Of a DNA stretch of 64,000 nucleotides, positions 27,922 through 37,529 are shown one piece after another. A program made the translations under genes and the position numbers. Every line of letters starts with the position of its first letter. Position 1 is the stretch's first letter. The DNA is taken from IMG/VR virus record IMGVR_UViG_3300020442_003949, positions 1-64,000 of that record, one strand, 5' to 3'. The notes below the pieces were generated by a model that saw nothing but the letters and a program-made list of their open reading frames with translations, was not told the origin of the DNA and ran no database searches. Origin of the DNA: a virus.

Positions 27922-29220
27922 TTATCCTTTATTGTAACTATTTATTGGTCTTTTAAGATTTTTAAAATCAGGCACATACCTCACTGCCTTTTTTGGAAAC
28001 ATCGCATATAATTCTTCTATCATAATTGACATATGTGGGAATAATCTATCCCAATCAGTTTCTGGTCTTTTGATTTTAAAATATGAAAATGCCATATCAT
28101 AATGCCATGCTGTTGTATCAATTATGTTTGTACCGATTAAGTTTTTTATTTTGCTTAAATATCTTATGAAATAATCTAATTTATGTTGTTCGCAAAACTT
28201 AATAGCATCATTTTGATCTTCTTTAAAACGCTTAGGCATTCCTATAATAGTCATTCCCATCTCATTTGCATAGTTAAATGCAAACCTTGTTATTGTATGC
28301 CGAAACATTTCTTTCATCTTCTTTGGTCCTAAAGTATCTAAATAAAATTCTATATCATCTTTAAAATACGGCACACTATATACGTTTAATGTATTAACAA
28401 TTCTAATATCAATATTTTTAAAATCAGCATCTAAAATATAATTCATATTTCGCATAAGCCGATTCCATTGTAAACCATGTCTTATTGCTTCGGCTCTATC
28501 TCTTGTTGAATCTACACTAACATCAAAAACACACTTTATATCTTTGTGTTTATCAAATAAATTTATATAATCATTAAAAACTTTTTCTTTGGTATTGAAA
28601 TTTGTATGCAAGAACAAAAAAAGTTGTTTATTAGGAACAATATCTATAATTTGCTCTATAAGCCATAAACTATGTGGATTATATGTAGGCTCTCCTCCTG
28701 AAATTATAAAGGTATACTGTACGTTAGGGTTATATTTTTTGTTTTTTAAATACGTAATAAAGTTTTTTATAGCAGATTCAAACCATTCATCACTAGTACC
28801 TACTGTAGGAATTCCTATTTCTTTTGCCCAACTTGAACTATCCTTAGGTGCGCAATATACACATTTTAAATCACATGCACTACTAAGATTGATAGTAAAT
28901 CTTTCAATATAATCATCATCTAATAAACTTTTTTTAAAACTTTCATCTAATCTACTATGAAACAAATTTCTATTTTTAAAAAAACTATTAGGCAAGGATT
29001 TAGTACAAGTAAAACAACTTGGCTCTGGTAACTTGTTATGAAGAATCATTGATTCTTTACGACTTTTTAATTCAGGATTATGACATAAAATATTTGGATT
29101 GTTAAAATCTTTTATGTCTAACATAATATCAGTAGTTTTACAACAATTGGTAATACTACCTCGCATAAGTCTTAAATCCATACTGTAGAATAATTCACTA
29201 CAAATATTCTGTTTATCCAT
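27922..29220 (-). CDS. Radical SAM protein (family C, divergent)
   Basis: N-terminal CC and CFTC; CDLKCVYC....SSSW; SGGEPT. Confidence 0.82.
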   Translation of the reverse strand: MDKQNICSELFYSMDLRLMRGSITNCCKTTDIMLDIKDFNNPNILCHNPELKSRKESMILHNKLPEPSCFTCTKSLPNSFFKNRNLFHSRLDESFKKSLLDDDYIERFTINLSSACDLKCVYCAPKDSSSWAKEIGIPTVGTSDEWFESAIKNFITYLKNKKYNPNVQYTFIISGGEPTYNPHSLWLIEQIIDIVPNKQLFLFLHTNFNTKEKVFNDYINLFDKHKDIKCVFDVSVDSTRDRAEAIRHGLQWNRLMRNMNYILDADFKNIDIRIVNTLNVYSVPYFKDDIEFYLDTLGPKKMKEMFRHTITRFAFNYANEMGMTIIGMPKRFKEDQNDAIKFCEQHKLDYFIRYLSKIKNLIGTNIIDTTAWHYDMAFSYFKIKRPETDWDRLFPHMSIMIEELYAMFPKKAVRYVPDFKNLKRPINSYNKG

Positions 29221-30583
29221 TTTTTATTCTTGTAAGGTATACATCTTCCACATCATCTATCTGATAATTCTGAAATACATCATTAAAACGTTTTTTAAAT
29301 AATCTATCAGAATATCTTCTATACACAAAAAAAGAACTATACCATTTTGGATCTAATTTTGTTGAATCTATATAATCTTTAATTTCGTCTAATATTTTTA
29401 TTGCCGATTCAATAGGTACGAATGTATCCTTTGATTTTAAATATCCATAGTTATCTTTGTAGTTTACTAAAGTCTTTCTTAAATACTTCTCATACTCTAT
29501 TATTGCATCCTTTGTTTCATTGATATCTTCATATACTTCATTCCTAAACTCATGCATTATTAATGATGGATTTATATATTCTGGAGTTTGAACTGGGGCT
29601 GCTTTTATATCATCAAGAGGCAAAGTTAAAATACTTTCAAATACATTTTTAATATCCATTATTTGATATATTGAATATGTAATAACTCCTACTATCTTGG
29701 AATTAGTATTAATTTTCCTAAACTTATCTAAATTTGTAGATAATGTATTCCAATCTCCGTCTCGAAAATATCTATAAATATTTGTTCCTGCATCTATGCT
29801 TATATTCATAGTTACTTTTTTAAATTTTGAAAGCAAATCATTAAGGCGATCCATATCAAACTCAGCATTAAAATTTGTATAAAAAAATATGTGTAAATTT
29901 TTTGCATTAGGATGATGTTGTAATAATTCTAGCGCAAGAAAAAATTGCTGTTGTTTGAGCGGCTCGCCTCCGCTACAATCAAATTGTTCTAAATTAGGAA
30001 AATTATCACATAAATCATTAATTATATTCCTTGTGTCATCTAAACTCAATTTCATTCTTTGATATCTTTCTTTATCCTTAGGCTGATGACGAAGTCCTAA
30101 TAATTGATAAATTAAATTATTAGATAATTCCTTACGATATTTTTCTATTTCTGATTGTAATCCTTTTAGTTTTGTTTCCCAACTACTTGAAAATGTAGAG
30201 TCACAATGCAAACAAGACATATTACAACTATTATTAAATCTTAATTCAATATGTTTTAATGCTTTATAATCCATTTCTCCTGTTTCAGAATTATAAAATT
30301 CTTTACTAAAATTTTTACTATAATCAAATCTCATAGATTTTAAATTTACTGCTTCCATTTCTTTACATAAATGACACCCAGCAGGAAATTTTCCGGATTG
30401 CAGTTGTTTCCTATGATTTCTAAAATTTTCATTATTCCAAAAATCACTAGTCACCTTTCCTTCCAAAATATGCAAAGGGTCAACTTGTGTAGGGCAACTA
30501 GTTGCAAATCCGTTCTTATAGTTAACACCATGTAAGCTATAAAAACAATTAAGACTCATTGTATAATTATCTAATGTATTCAT
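29213..30583 (-). CDS. Radical SAM protein (family C)
   Basis: CHLC..E; ELRFNNSCNMSCLHC...SSSW; SGGEP; SIDA. Confidence 0.85.
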   Translation of the reverse strand: MNTLDNYTMSLNCFYSLHGVNYKNGFATSCPTQVDPLHILEGKVTSDFWNNENFRNHRKQLQSGKFPAGCHLCKEMEAVNLKSMRFDYSKNFSKEFYNSETGEMDYKALKHIELRFNNSCNMSCLHCDSTFSSSWETKLKGLQSEIEKYRKELSNNLIYQLLGLRHQPKDKERYQRMKLSLDDTRNIINDLCDNFPNLEQFDCSGGEPLKQQQFFLALELLQHHPNAKNLHIFFYTNFNAEFDMDRLNDLLSKFKKVTMNISIDAGTNIYRYFRDGDWNTLSTNLDKFRKINTNSKIVGVITYSIYQIMDIKNVFESILTLPLDDIKAAPVQTPEYINPSLIMHEFRNEVYEDINETKDAIIEYEKYLRKTLVNYKDNYGYLKSKDTFVPIESAIKILDEIKDYIDSTKLDPKWYSSFFVYRRYSDRLFKKRFNDVFQNYQIDDVEDVYLTRIKNG

Positions 30584-30596
30584 AGGTTTATTGACT

Positions 30597-31682
30597 CTAT
30601 TCAGTACTTATTTTAGTAAATTCATTATGATAGGCTTTGTTTTTAGCACAAGTTCGTATACATCTAGAGACGTGCTTATTATGATAAGGATTCCAACTAG
30701 ATTCTAATACTTCTGTGTACCAAGGATGAGAAATTATTTCATCTATATTGTAATATATTAAGCTGTTCCAATTTAGATCAAATGAATTAAGTTTATCTAA
30801 TATTCCATCTTTATTTCTTATCGTACTATCCCACAAAAAACAACAAGGCCACACTGTTAAATTACTTGCTATAAAAATTTCACCTTCATGAACAAATTTA
30901 CAAACAATTGTATCTGTTACTTCTTTTATTTGCTCTTCTGATAATTGCTTAGTAGAACTAGATTCTATAAATTTATCTAATTCTTCAATTTCTTTTATCT
31001 TACTATGTTCTTTTTTTCCAGTAGTAGTAATTATATAATTTTCTGTATTGATCTTTTTAGTAGCTTTGTCACGTTTTTGTATATTAGACATCCACTCATT
31101 ATAGCTATTCCGCATACCAGTCCTAGTTGAAAAAGTAAAGCCTAATTCTTTTGCACGATTGTATGCAGCATCTAATTCATATTCATTATGATCAAATACA
31201 ATATAAACCCATTGCCCACTTCCTTCACTTGCATTTTCTGCAAATGCAACCATATTACGATCAATTATCTTATATGAAGTATTAACTCGATATATATGAT
31301 TTGTTTCTTTAAATCCATCTACACACCAATGAACATGGACCAACCCAGGCCTTGCTCTAGATATTTCTCCAAGCCGTGCCCACCAGTCTGCACTTTGAAT
31401 TCCACCATTTGTACTAACTTCACAATACGCATTGTTTTCTGTTAAATAATCAATCATATCTACCATTTCAAAGTTTTTTGCAGGATCTCCTAAAACTCCA
31501 CAAAACTTAAACATTTTACCTTGAATATTTTCTTTTAAAGGAAAGATACGTTGGATTTCTTTAAGTCCAAAACTTTTAATTTTGTATTTTCCTACATTCA
31601 GTGTTCTAGCACATCCAGGACATGCTGCATTACAATCGCTAGTAATTTCTAATTCGATTTTTTTAATATTATTTCTAAGCAC
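30597..31682 (-). CDS. Radical SAM protein (family A)
   Basis: CNAACPGC, FCG..GDP, VDG..ETN.IYR, IVFDHNE, PCC, CIRTC. Confidence 0.88.
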   Translation of the reverse strand: MLRNNIKKIELEITSDCNAACPGCARTLNVGKYKIKSFGLKEIQRIFPLKENIQGKMFKFCGVLGDPAKNFEMVDMIDYLTENNAYCEVSTNGGIQSADWWARLGEISRARPGLVHVHWCVDGFKETNHIYRVNTSYKIIDRNMVAFAENASEGSGQWVYIVFDHNEYELDAAYNRAKELGFTFSTRTGMRNSYNEWMSNIQKRDKATKKINTENYIITTTGKKEHSKIKEIEELDKFIESSSTKQLSEEQIKEVTDTIVCKFVHEGEIFIASNLTVWPCCFLWDSTIRNKDGILDKLNSFDLNWNSLIYYNIDEIISHPWYTEVLESSWNPYHNKHVSRCIRTCAKNKAYHNEFTKISTE

Positions 31683-31707
31683 AAATTATTTACCTTTTCA
31701 TGATATG

Positions 31708-32787
31708 CTATTTAAATTGTTCTGAAAATACGTCAAACTCTATGCCACACTTCATACTACAAACCTTTAACCTTCCATTGTTACAACCTGTGATTTTCCA
31801 ACTACGTTCTATACTATCAAATATACCTGTTTCAAAAACAGCCTTCAATCCATGTTTCTTAACATTAATTGCATCTTTACCGCCAACAGCATTGATAAAG
31901 TTCCATATTTGTTCAACTTTAGGATCTTTGTGCCACCACTTATACATGCGTCCAGCAGTCCAGCAGCAAGGCATAACTAAACCTTCAGCTGTAATAAACA
32001 AGCTGCCTTGATCTTTTACTTTACAATTGATAGGTACTACATCATAATATTCATCCATACTACCATATTTCTCAATCAATAAATCCTGTCTAGTTAAGGC
32101 TTTATTTTGGTATATTACAGTTGGCTTTTTAAGTTTTGTAGTTTCTTTTCCATTCCGATTTTTAGCTTGATGTACTTCTTTCTTTTTATTATTTGCTGTA
32201 ATAAATCTACCTGTTTTTTTAGGAATAAATCTTTCACATCCCCATTTTTTAGCCAAAGCTTTTGCTTCATCTACTTGATGTTCGTTGTGCTTAAATATTA
32301 AAAAATCCCAGCGAGCTCTGCCGCCTGCGTCAATGAACGCTCGCATATTGCGTTCTACATTATTCCAGACAACACCTTGCCTATACAAATGATTAGTGTC
32401 GCTAAGGCCATCTACGCTGAAAATAACAGCACCCATTTTACCAAAGACTTCAGCCAATTCACGCCACCACGCTTCATCTTTTGCCCCTGCATTTGTGTTC
32501 ATAGAGAGCCATATTTTGCTGTTATGCTCTCTAAAGTATTTGAATATATCTAGTGTATAACGGGAAACAATAGGATCACCTAGGTTGCCACACATGTACA
32601 TAGTATCTAACTGTTTTATAAATTCAGGTTCAAATATACGTTTGCAATCTTCTAAAGTAAGCTCACTAAGATCAATATGAGGATTTAAACCTTCGCCATT
32701 CATATTACGATCACACATAGGGCAGTTTGCTTGACAATTTTGTGTATTTTCTAAATGAATTGTTTTTATATCGTAGTAATTATACAT
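31708..32787 (-). CDS. Radical SAM protein (family A)
   Basis: CQANCPMC, MCGN.GDP, SVDGL.DTN.LYR, LIFKHNEHQ, PCC, CSMKC. Confidence 0.88.
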   Translation of the reverse strand: MYNYYDIKTIHLENTQNCQANCPMCDRNMNGEGLNPHIDLSELTLEDCKRIFEPEFIKQLDTMYMCGNLGDPIVSRYTLDIFKYFREHNSKIWLSMNTNAGAKDEAWWRELAEVFGKMGAVIFSVDGLSDTNHLYRQGVVWNNVERNMRAFIDAGGRARWDFLIFKHNEHQVDEAKALAKKWGCERFIPKKTGRFITANNKKKEVHQAKNRNGKETTKLKKPTVIYQNKALTRQDLLIEKYGSMDEYYDVVPINCKVKDQGSLFITAEGLVMPCCWTAGRMYKWWHKDPKVEQIWNFINAVGGKDAINVKKHGLKAVFETGIFDSIERSWKITGCNNGRLKVCSMKCGIEFDVFSEQFK

Positions 32788-33643
32788 GCAAGTATTCTAT
32801 CATTTCTTTATCGAGATAAATCATATCTTTTAGTTGATCTAACTTTTGTTCGAACTCTTTAAGATCTTCTAAATTGTCGTGATATAATTCTCTAGCAATC
32901 TCTTTATTCTTACTAGTAATTTTAAGGTCAAGTGGTTTATTAATCAACCTAATTACTTCCTCAACATATAGATCAAACCTATTATCAGTGTCTTCGTCAA
33001 AACTTAAATCACAGTCAAAAATAAATCCGTATTCTTTTAGTTTTTTATACATACCTGGATATCCGTAATTAAGGAAAGGCTTTCCGCTTAGTAAGGGTCT
33101 AAATGTTTTTTCTGATATAAAAAAGTAAGGAACGCCTGTAACACTACAGGTCTCTATTTGAAATTCAAATAAGCTACAGTACCATTCTTCTGGTAGGTTT
33201 CTTTTGACATCGTAATGACTTTTTACATTATGTTCTGAAGGTAAGGCAACTTCAGGCCACAAACTGTAAATACCATAATCTAATACTTTTGCGTTTTTTA
33301 GTTTAGATATTAATGCAGTTCTAGTAGTACTATGTGCTCCATTTAGAGATATAAACTTCCAGTCACATCTAGGTGTATAATCTACTAAGGGTCTTTTATA
33401 CATCCAATACAAAGGAAAAGTCCTAATATTGTCTGACTGCGAATCTACGCTCGAACAATAAATTGTGCTATTCTTAATTACTTCGGGTTTTACATTATAC
33501 CTTACAGTTAATTCTTCTATAGGTTCTGTAGAAATATCTATGTATGTGTTAATTTCAAAAAATCTGTTAAATAAATCTTGTCGAGATAAAAATTTTTTAT
33601 GCAAGCAACAACTATTTAATCCTAACTCCCTAAGCATTTTCAT
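32780..33643 (-). CDS. Putative glycosyltransferase-like protein (S/TEK..K/RP motif family)
   Basis: F.SLN...R, ET, FISEKTFRPLL.GKPFL, LK.YGF; paralogous to 38747-40036; probable ATG at 33643. Confidence 0.5.
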   Translation of the reverse strand: MKMLRELGLNSCCLHKKFLSRQDLFNRFFEINTYIDISTEPIEELTVRYNVKPEVIKNSTIYCSSVDSQSDNIRTFPLYWMYKRPLVDYTPRCDWKFISLNGAHSTTRTALISKLKNAKVLDYGIYSLWPEVALPSEHNVKSHYDVKRNLPEEWYCSLFEFQIETCSVTGVPYFFISEKTFRPLLSGKPFLNYGYPGMYKKLKEYGFIFDCDLSFDEDTDNRFDLYVEEVIRLINKPLDLKITSKNKEIARELYHDNLEDLKEFEQKLDQLKDMIYLDKEMIEYLHV

Positions 33644-34172
33644 ATAAAAATCCAGATATTTGTAATGTGTATTTGTTATGCATACCTGCGTTAGCACTAA
33701 GGTGTAAATGATTGCTGTCCCATATATAACCTTGATTTGCTTTCCAATGAGTGCTATTATACCATGTGTTTTTTATTTTATATTGTAAAAAATGACCTTC
33801 TTTCCAATCTTCTAGATATATATGGGCTCTTACTTTTTTCCTAGTATCATTTGGAAACTTTTTTTTAATTTGAAAAAAAGTATCTCTATGTATAGGAATT
33901 ACGTTCCCAGGAGGTTGTAAAATGCTGCTTACTGTTATTACTTCAATTCCTAATTGATTACCTAAATTTTCAAAATCAATCTGTGTGTTATTCCACCATA
34001 GTTGCCTAATTAAGGTATTATTAGTATCATAACTATCAGGAAAACCTCCATATGTTTCATGGATATCTTCAAGCTCGTGTATTTGGTGAGTTATACAACT
34101 ACCTTCATGTACATTATAGTCCGCACTTAAAAAAATTTCAGTGTCATATATTATTGTGGTATCATAGATCAT
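33630..34172 (-). CDS. Putative Fe(II)/2OG (cupin) hydroxylase
   Basis: PG..IP.HRD...W.S...H..AN.G...KYTLQISG. Confidence 0.65.
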   Translation of the reverse strand: MIYDTTIIYDTEIFLSADYNVHEGSCITHQIHELEDIHETYGGFPDSYDTNNTLIRQLWWNNTQIDFENLGNQLGIEVITVSSILQPPGNVIPIHRDTFFQIKKKFPNDTRKKVRAHIYLEDWKEGHFLQYKIKNTWYNSTHWKANQGYIWDSNHLHLSANAGMHNKYTLQISGFLYENA

Positions 34173-34188
34173 AAATTAATTCCATATC
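34120..34188 (-). repeat. Direct repeat copy B of a gene-junction duplication
   Basis: Minus strand GATATGGAATTAATTTATGATCTATGATACCACAAT...TTAAGTGCGGA aligns with 34759-34824. Confidence 0.8.
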
Positions 34189-34718
34189 TATACATCTTTT
34201 CCTCTAGATTTAAAATAAAATATTTTTTGTATATTATACATTACATTTATAGAAGACATATAATATTTTTCTATGTAATCTAAATTATCAACAAAAGTAA
34301 AACTGTCAGGATCGATTACTACTATTTTTTTTGATTTAGTAAAGGCAAAATTAGATAATAATGGATCTGTATGGATAAAATACTTATCATCTGGTAAGGA
34401 TTTTGAATAGTTTAAAGTTTCTAAAAATATAGAAGGTAAAAGTGAACTTATATTAATTATCTCAGTTTTTTCTAACAAATGATAGTTGTCACTATTTTTT
34501 ATTAAGTCTTCTACAGTACAAATAATATCTGGAATATATTCCATAGTATAAGTTTGTTCATCGATAATATCTAAAACTTTTACATACATAGATTTTTTTT
34601 TTGATAATTGGTTATAAGCATACAACCAATACTTGTCAATCTTGGTGTATTTTAAATATTTTATAACTATATTGTTTTTAAGAGTAACAATAGATTTAGA
34701 ATTTTCGTGTATAATCAT
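34188..34718 (-). CDS. Protein-kinase-like / APH-type phosphotransferase
   Basis: VIK, MEYI, IHTD...SN, VIDPD. Confidence 0.65.
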   Translation of the reverse strand: MIIHENSKSIVTLKNNIVIKYLKYTKIDKYWLYAYNQLSKKKSMYVKVLDIIDEQTYTMEYIPDIICTVEDLIKNSDNYHLLEKTEIINISSLLPSIFLETLNYSKSLPDDKYFIHTDPLLSNFAFTKSKKIVVIDPDSFTFVDNLDYIEKYYMSSINVMYNIQKIFYFKSRGKDV

Positions 34719-34758
34719 TTATCTAATCCTATATCACTAAGTTTTTTCATTTAGAAAT

Positions 34759-34824
34759 TCTGCACTTAAAATATTAGTATCATATTTAATTGTTGTATTA
34801 TAAATCATAAATTAATTTTATATC
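34759..34824 (-). repeat. Direct repeat copy A; contains a 23-aa remnant ORF (34737-34808) mimicking the N-terminus of the 33630 gene
   Basis: MIYNTTIKYDTNI-LSAE versus MIYDTTIIYDTEIFLSAD. Confidence 0.8.
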
Positions 34825-35040
34825 CGTTCCAGGGCCTGCTAGACTGGGTAAATCTCCATACTTTTCTACATACCATTTAATAACCGCAAGGTACCAGTTT
34901 CGACTATTATGATGTGCTTGTTTGTTGAATTGGTTTATATTATTATTAGTAGCTTGCATAGTGCTAAGTGCTCGTGAACTTTCTTTTTGCAGTTCTCTTA
35001 AAGAAAATTTTTCTAGATAGATTTTTTTATCTATGTCCAA
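34798..35040 (-). CDS. Small hypothetical protein
   Basis: Probable TTG start at 35040 overlapping the upstream gene end; ~80 aa. Confidence 0.6.
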   Translation of the reverse strand: MDIDKKIYLEKFSLRELQKESSRALSTMQATNNNINQFNKQAHHNSRNWYLAVIKWYVEKYGDLPSLAGPGTDIKLIYDL

Positions 35041-35890
35041 TTCGCATAAATCGTTTGTATTGACCAACGTCTAATTCTCCTTCATAGTATAATTCACTTA
35101 ATGGTGTTATTTCACCAAATTGTTCTAATGATTCTGAACAATTAACATGATCTTCGATACCTTTGAAATTATTAGTTTGCAAGATTACCAATTTTCCAAT
35201 AGGAATTTTTTCATACCATTTATCAAAATTTTTAACATGTTCACAACTAGTATTAATAATTGTATTCACAGCGTCCTTTATTGGATAAGACATCCTATTA
35301 TTTTTTTTACTCCAATAAGTCCATTCGTGAATATCATAATTGAGATTTAGAATATTATCAGTAATTGCTTTAAATCTCCAACTTTGCTCAACCCAACGTT
35401 TATTAAAAATTTCTGCTATTTCTATACAACTAGGATCTATATCAAAACTTCTTATTTTATCAACAATTATTCCACTCTCAAATAACATTGGACCTAGTGT
35501 TGCATACCATCCGGCACATAGATACACTGTTCCTAATGGCTTGTTCAATTTTTTTAAGTTATCTATTAACCATTTTTTACTATGTAACTGACCTCTTGAA
35601 AAACAATCTTTATTATAAGGAATTTTTAATCTATGTAAAGATTTAAAGGATGCAACTAAACTTGTATCGATATAATAATTTAGGATAGGCCATAATTTCC
35701 ATTCATTATCTTCTAAAATTAGTTTTCTTAAATTATCATTATATTCGTGTGTTAATGGAGAACTTGCAAGCAATCTAAATAGACTGTGCATATCTTTATC
35801 AATATAAAGTCTCCTTAAATCTGATAGATTTGCGTTTGTAGGATAAAGTATCTCTAATCTATCTAATAACTCAAATAATTGAAGACTCAT
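35027..35890 (-). CDS. Class I SAM-dependent methyltransferase-like protein
   Basis: SK.WL, LCAGWYA, SFDIDP, INTSCEH, RFM.IG. Confidence 0.65.
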   Translation of the reverse strand: MSLQLFELLDRLEILYPTNANLSDLRRLYIDKDMHSLFRLLASSPLTHEYNDNLRKLILEDNEWKLWPILNYYIDTSLVASFKSLHRLKIPYNKDCFSRGQLHSKKWLIDNLKKLNKPLGTVYLCAGWYATLGPMLFESGIIVDKIRSFDIDPSCIEIAEIFNKRWVEQSWRFKAITDNILNLNYDIHEWTYWSKKNNRMSYPIKDAVNTIINTSCEHVKNFDKWYEKIPIGKLVILQTNNFKGIEDHVNCSESLEQFGEITPLSELYYEGELDVGQYKRFMRIGHR

Positions 35891-37529
35891 ATTTTTCTCT
35901 TAACCAATCAAAGTCATTTATAAGCTTCAATGCAGCTAAATTGTCTTTATTTTCATAACCATAATTTCTTCCTGCATTTGCTCCTAATATAGCAAATTGA
36001 CCATATAACTTATCTGCACCAACTGTACACCATACATCTAATCTTTCTTCTGTTTCTTTAGACTTTTGTCTATCAATAATCTTAGATGCTAATTTACAAC
36101 ATTCTCTAAAAGCAGATTTCCAAGTTGAAAACTCATCAACATTAAATGCAGTTATATTAGAAACTTGTGGAATTGATTTAAATTTATCTGTTATACTAGT
36201 TGTCATGTCAGGTTTGGATATATCCATATTGATTGTTAGTTGCCGAGGAAATAACTTTATTCCACCATATCCGTACACTAAATCATTGATTGGATTTTTT
36301 GACCTCCACACATGAACAGTCTCTCTATCCCAAGTGTCTACAAACAATTCAAAATTAAAATCATCCATTAAAATAGCATCTGCATCTACAATCCATACCA
36401 TTTCAGATGTAGATTGCTTTGCTGCCTGTATATGTGCTTGATGGATACCTTTTACACCATGAACACGAGTAGCATGAGGTGCTTTCTTGAGTAATTCTTT
36501 ATAATGCTCATCTGCATTTACCTCGTCGTAGCTTATAAACACAACATCATATGGTTTATGCTTACTAGCAATAATATTCCATTCTTTTTTATAAACTATA
36601 TGCCTATGCTCTAACTCTCTACGACTTATAGGATGATATTTAGAAAACAAGAACACGCCATTATACTTTTCGTCGTCATTACATATATTCTTAAAGGCAT
36701 GATTTTCTTTTCTTTCATACTCAAATTCTTTACCTCTATAAGTATAAAATATATCAAAGTTAAAATCTAATAACTCTATACTATTACTTGTGCCAAAAAA
36801 CATTTCTGTATTACAAGTATTTAGAGCATGTTCATACTCTTCGTATGTATCAATTGTAAATATTGGATATTTACTTGCTCTTGTTGCTACAGTTTCATAT
36901 TCTTTTTTATGAACAAGATGCCTGTATTCTATTTCTTTTTTTGAAACAGGTTTATGTTTAGAAAATAGATATAACCCATCATATTTTAATTCGCCACATA
37001 CATCATTTAACCAGGCATGATTTTCTTGCCTATTATATTCTTCTGCTTTACTTACTCTAAAATAAACATTAGGCATATCAATTATATCAACCATAGAAGA
37101 AATACCATAAAACATTTCTGTTTTGGAACTTGCTAATGCCTGTTCATACTGCTCCATTGTATCAATGATAAAAATCTCATAAGGTTTAGGAGTACTAGCA
37201 ATAATTGGTACTTCTTTTTTTCTGACATAAAACCTATAATCAACTTCATTTTTTGATAAAGGATAAGTTTTTGGTAGTAATGCTATACCATCGTAACAAT
37301 CTCCATTTAAGAAAGTATGAGGATATTCTTGAGAAAAATTATCGGGAATATAATCAAACAAAAAGGAATTGTCAACTATAACATCAGGATACACTGTATA
37401 AAAAAATTTAGTAGTTGTCTTTTCCTGCGCTGAAAATACTGAAGTAGCAAATTTTAATGTAAAAAACTTTTCTCTTAAATTTTTATACGTTTCATCTTTT
37501 GAATCGTTGATATAAAAAATATCATACAT
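35871..37529 (-). CDS. Glycosyltransferase-like protein (GT-A DxD) with three N-terminal degenerate repeats
   Basis: C-terminal DVVFISYDE..A, RVHGVKG...AH, VDADA, YGYGG.KL, W.SAFRE. Confidence 0.7.
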   Translation of the reverse strand: MYDIFYINDSKDETYKNLREKFFTLKFATSVFSAQEKTTTKFFYTVYPDVIVDNSFLFDYIPDNFSQEYPHTFLNGDCYDGIALLPKTYPLSKNEVDYRFYVRKKEVPIIASTPKPYEIFIIDTMEQYEQALASSKTEMFYGISSMVDIIDMPNVYFRVSKAEEYNRQENHAWLNDVCGELKYDGLYLFSKHKPVSKKEIEYRHLVHKKEYETVATRASKYPIFTIDTYEEYEHALNTCNTEMFFGTSNSIELLDFNFDIFYTYRGKEFEYERKENHAFKNICNDDEKYNGVFLFSKYHPISRRELEHRHIVYKKEWNIIASKHKPYDVVFISYDEVNADEHYKELLKKAPHATRVHGVKGIHQAHIQAAKQSTSEMVWIVDADAILMDDFNFELFVDTWDRETVHVWRSKNPINDLVYGYGGIKLFPRQLTINMDISKPDMTTSITDKFKSIPQVSNITAFNVDEFSTWKSAFRECCKLASKIIDRQKSKETEERLDVWCTVGADKLYGQFAILGANAGRNYGYENKDNLAALKLINDFDWLREKYESSII

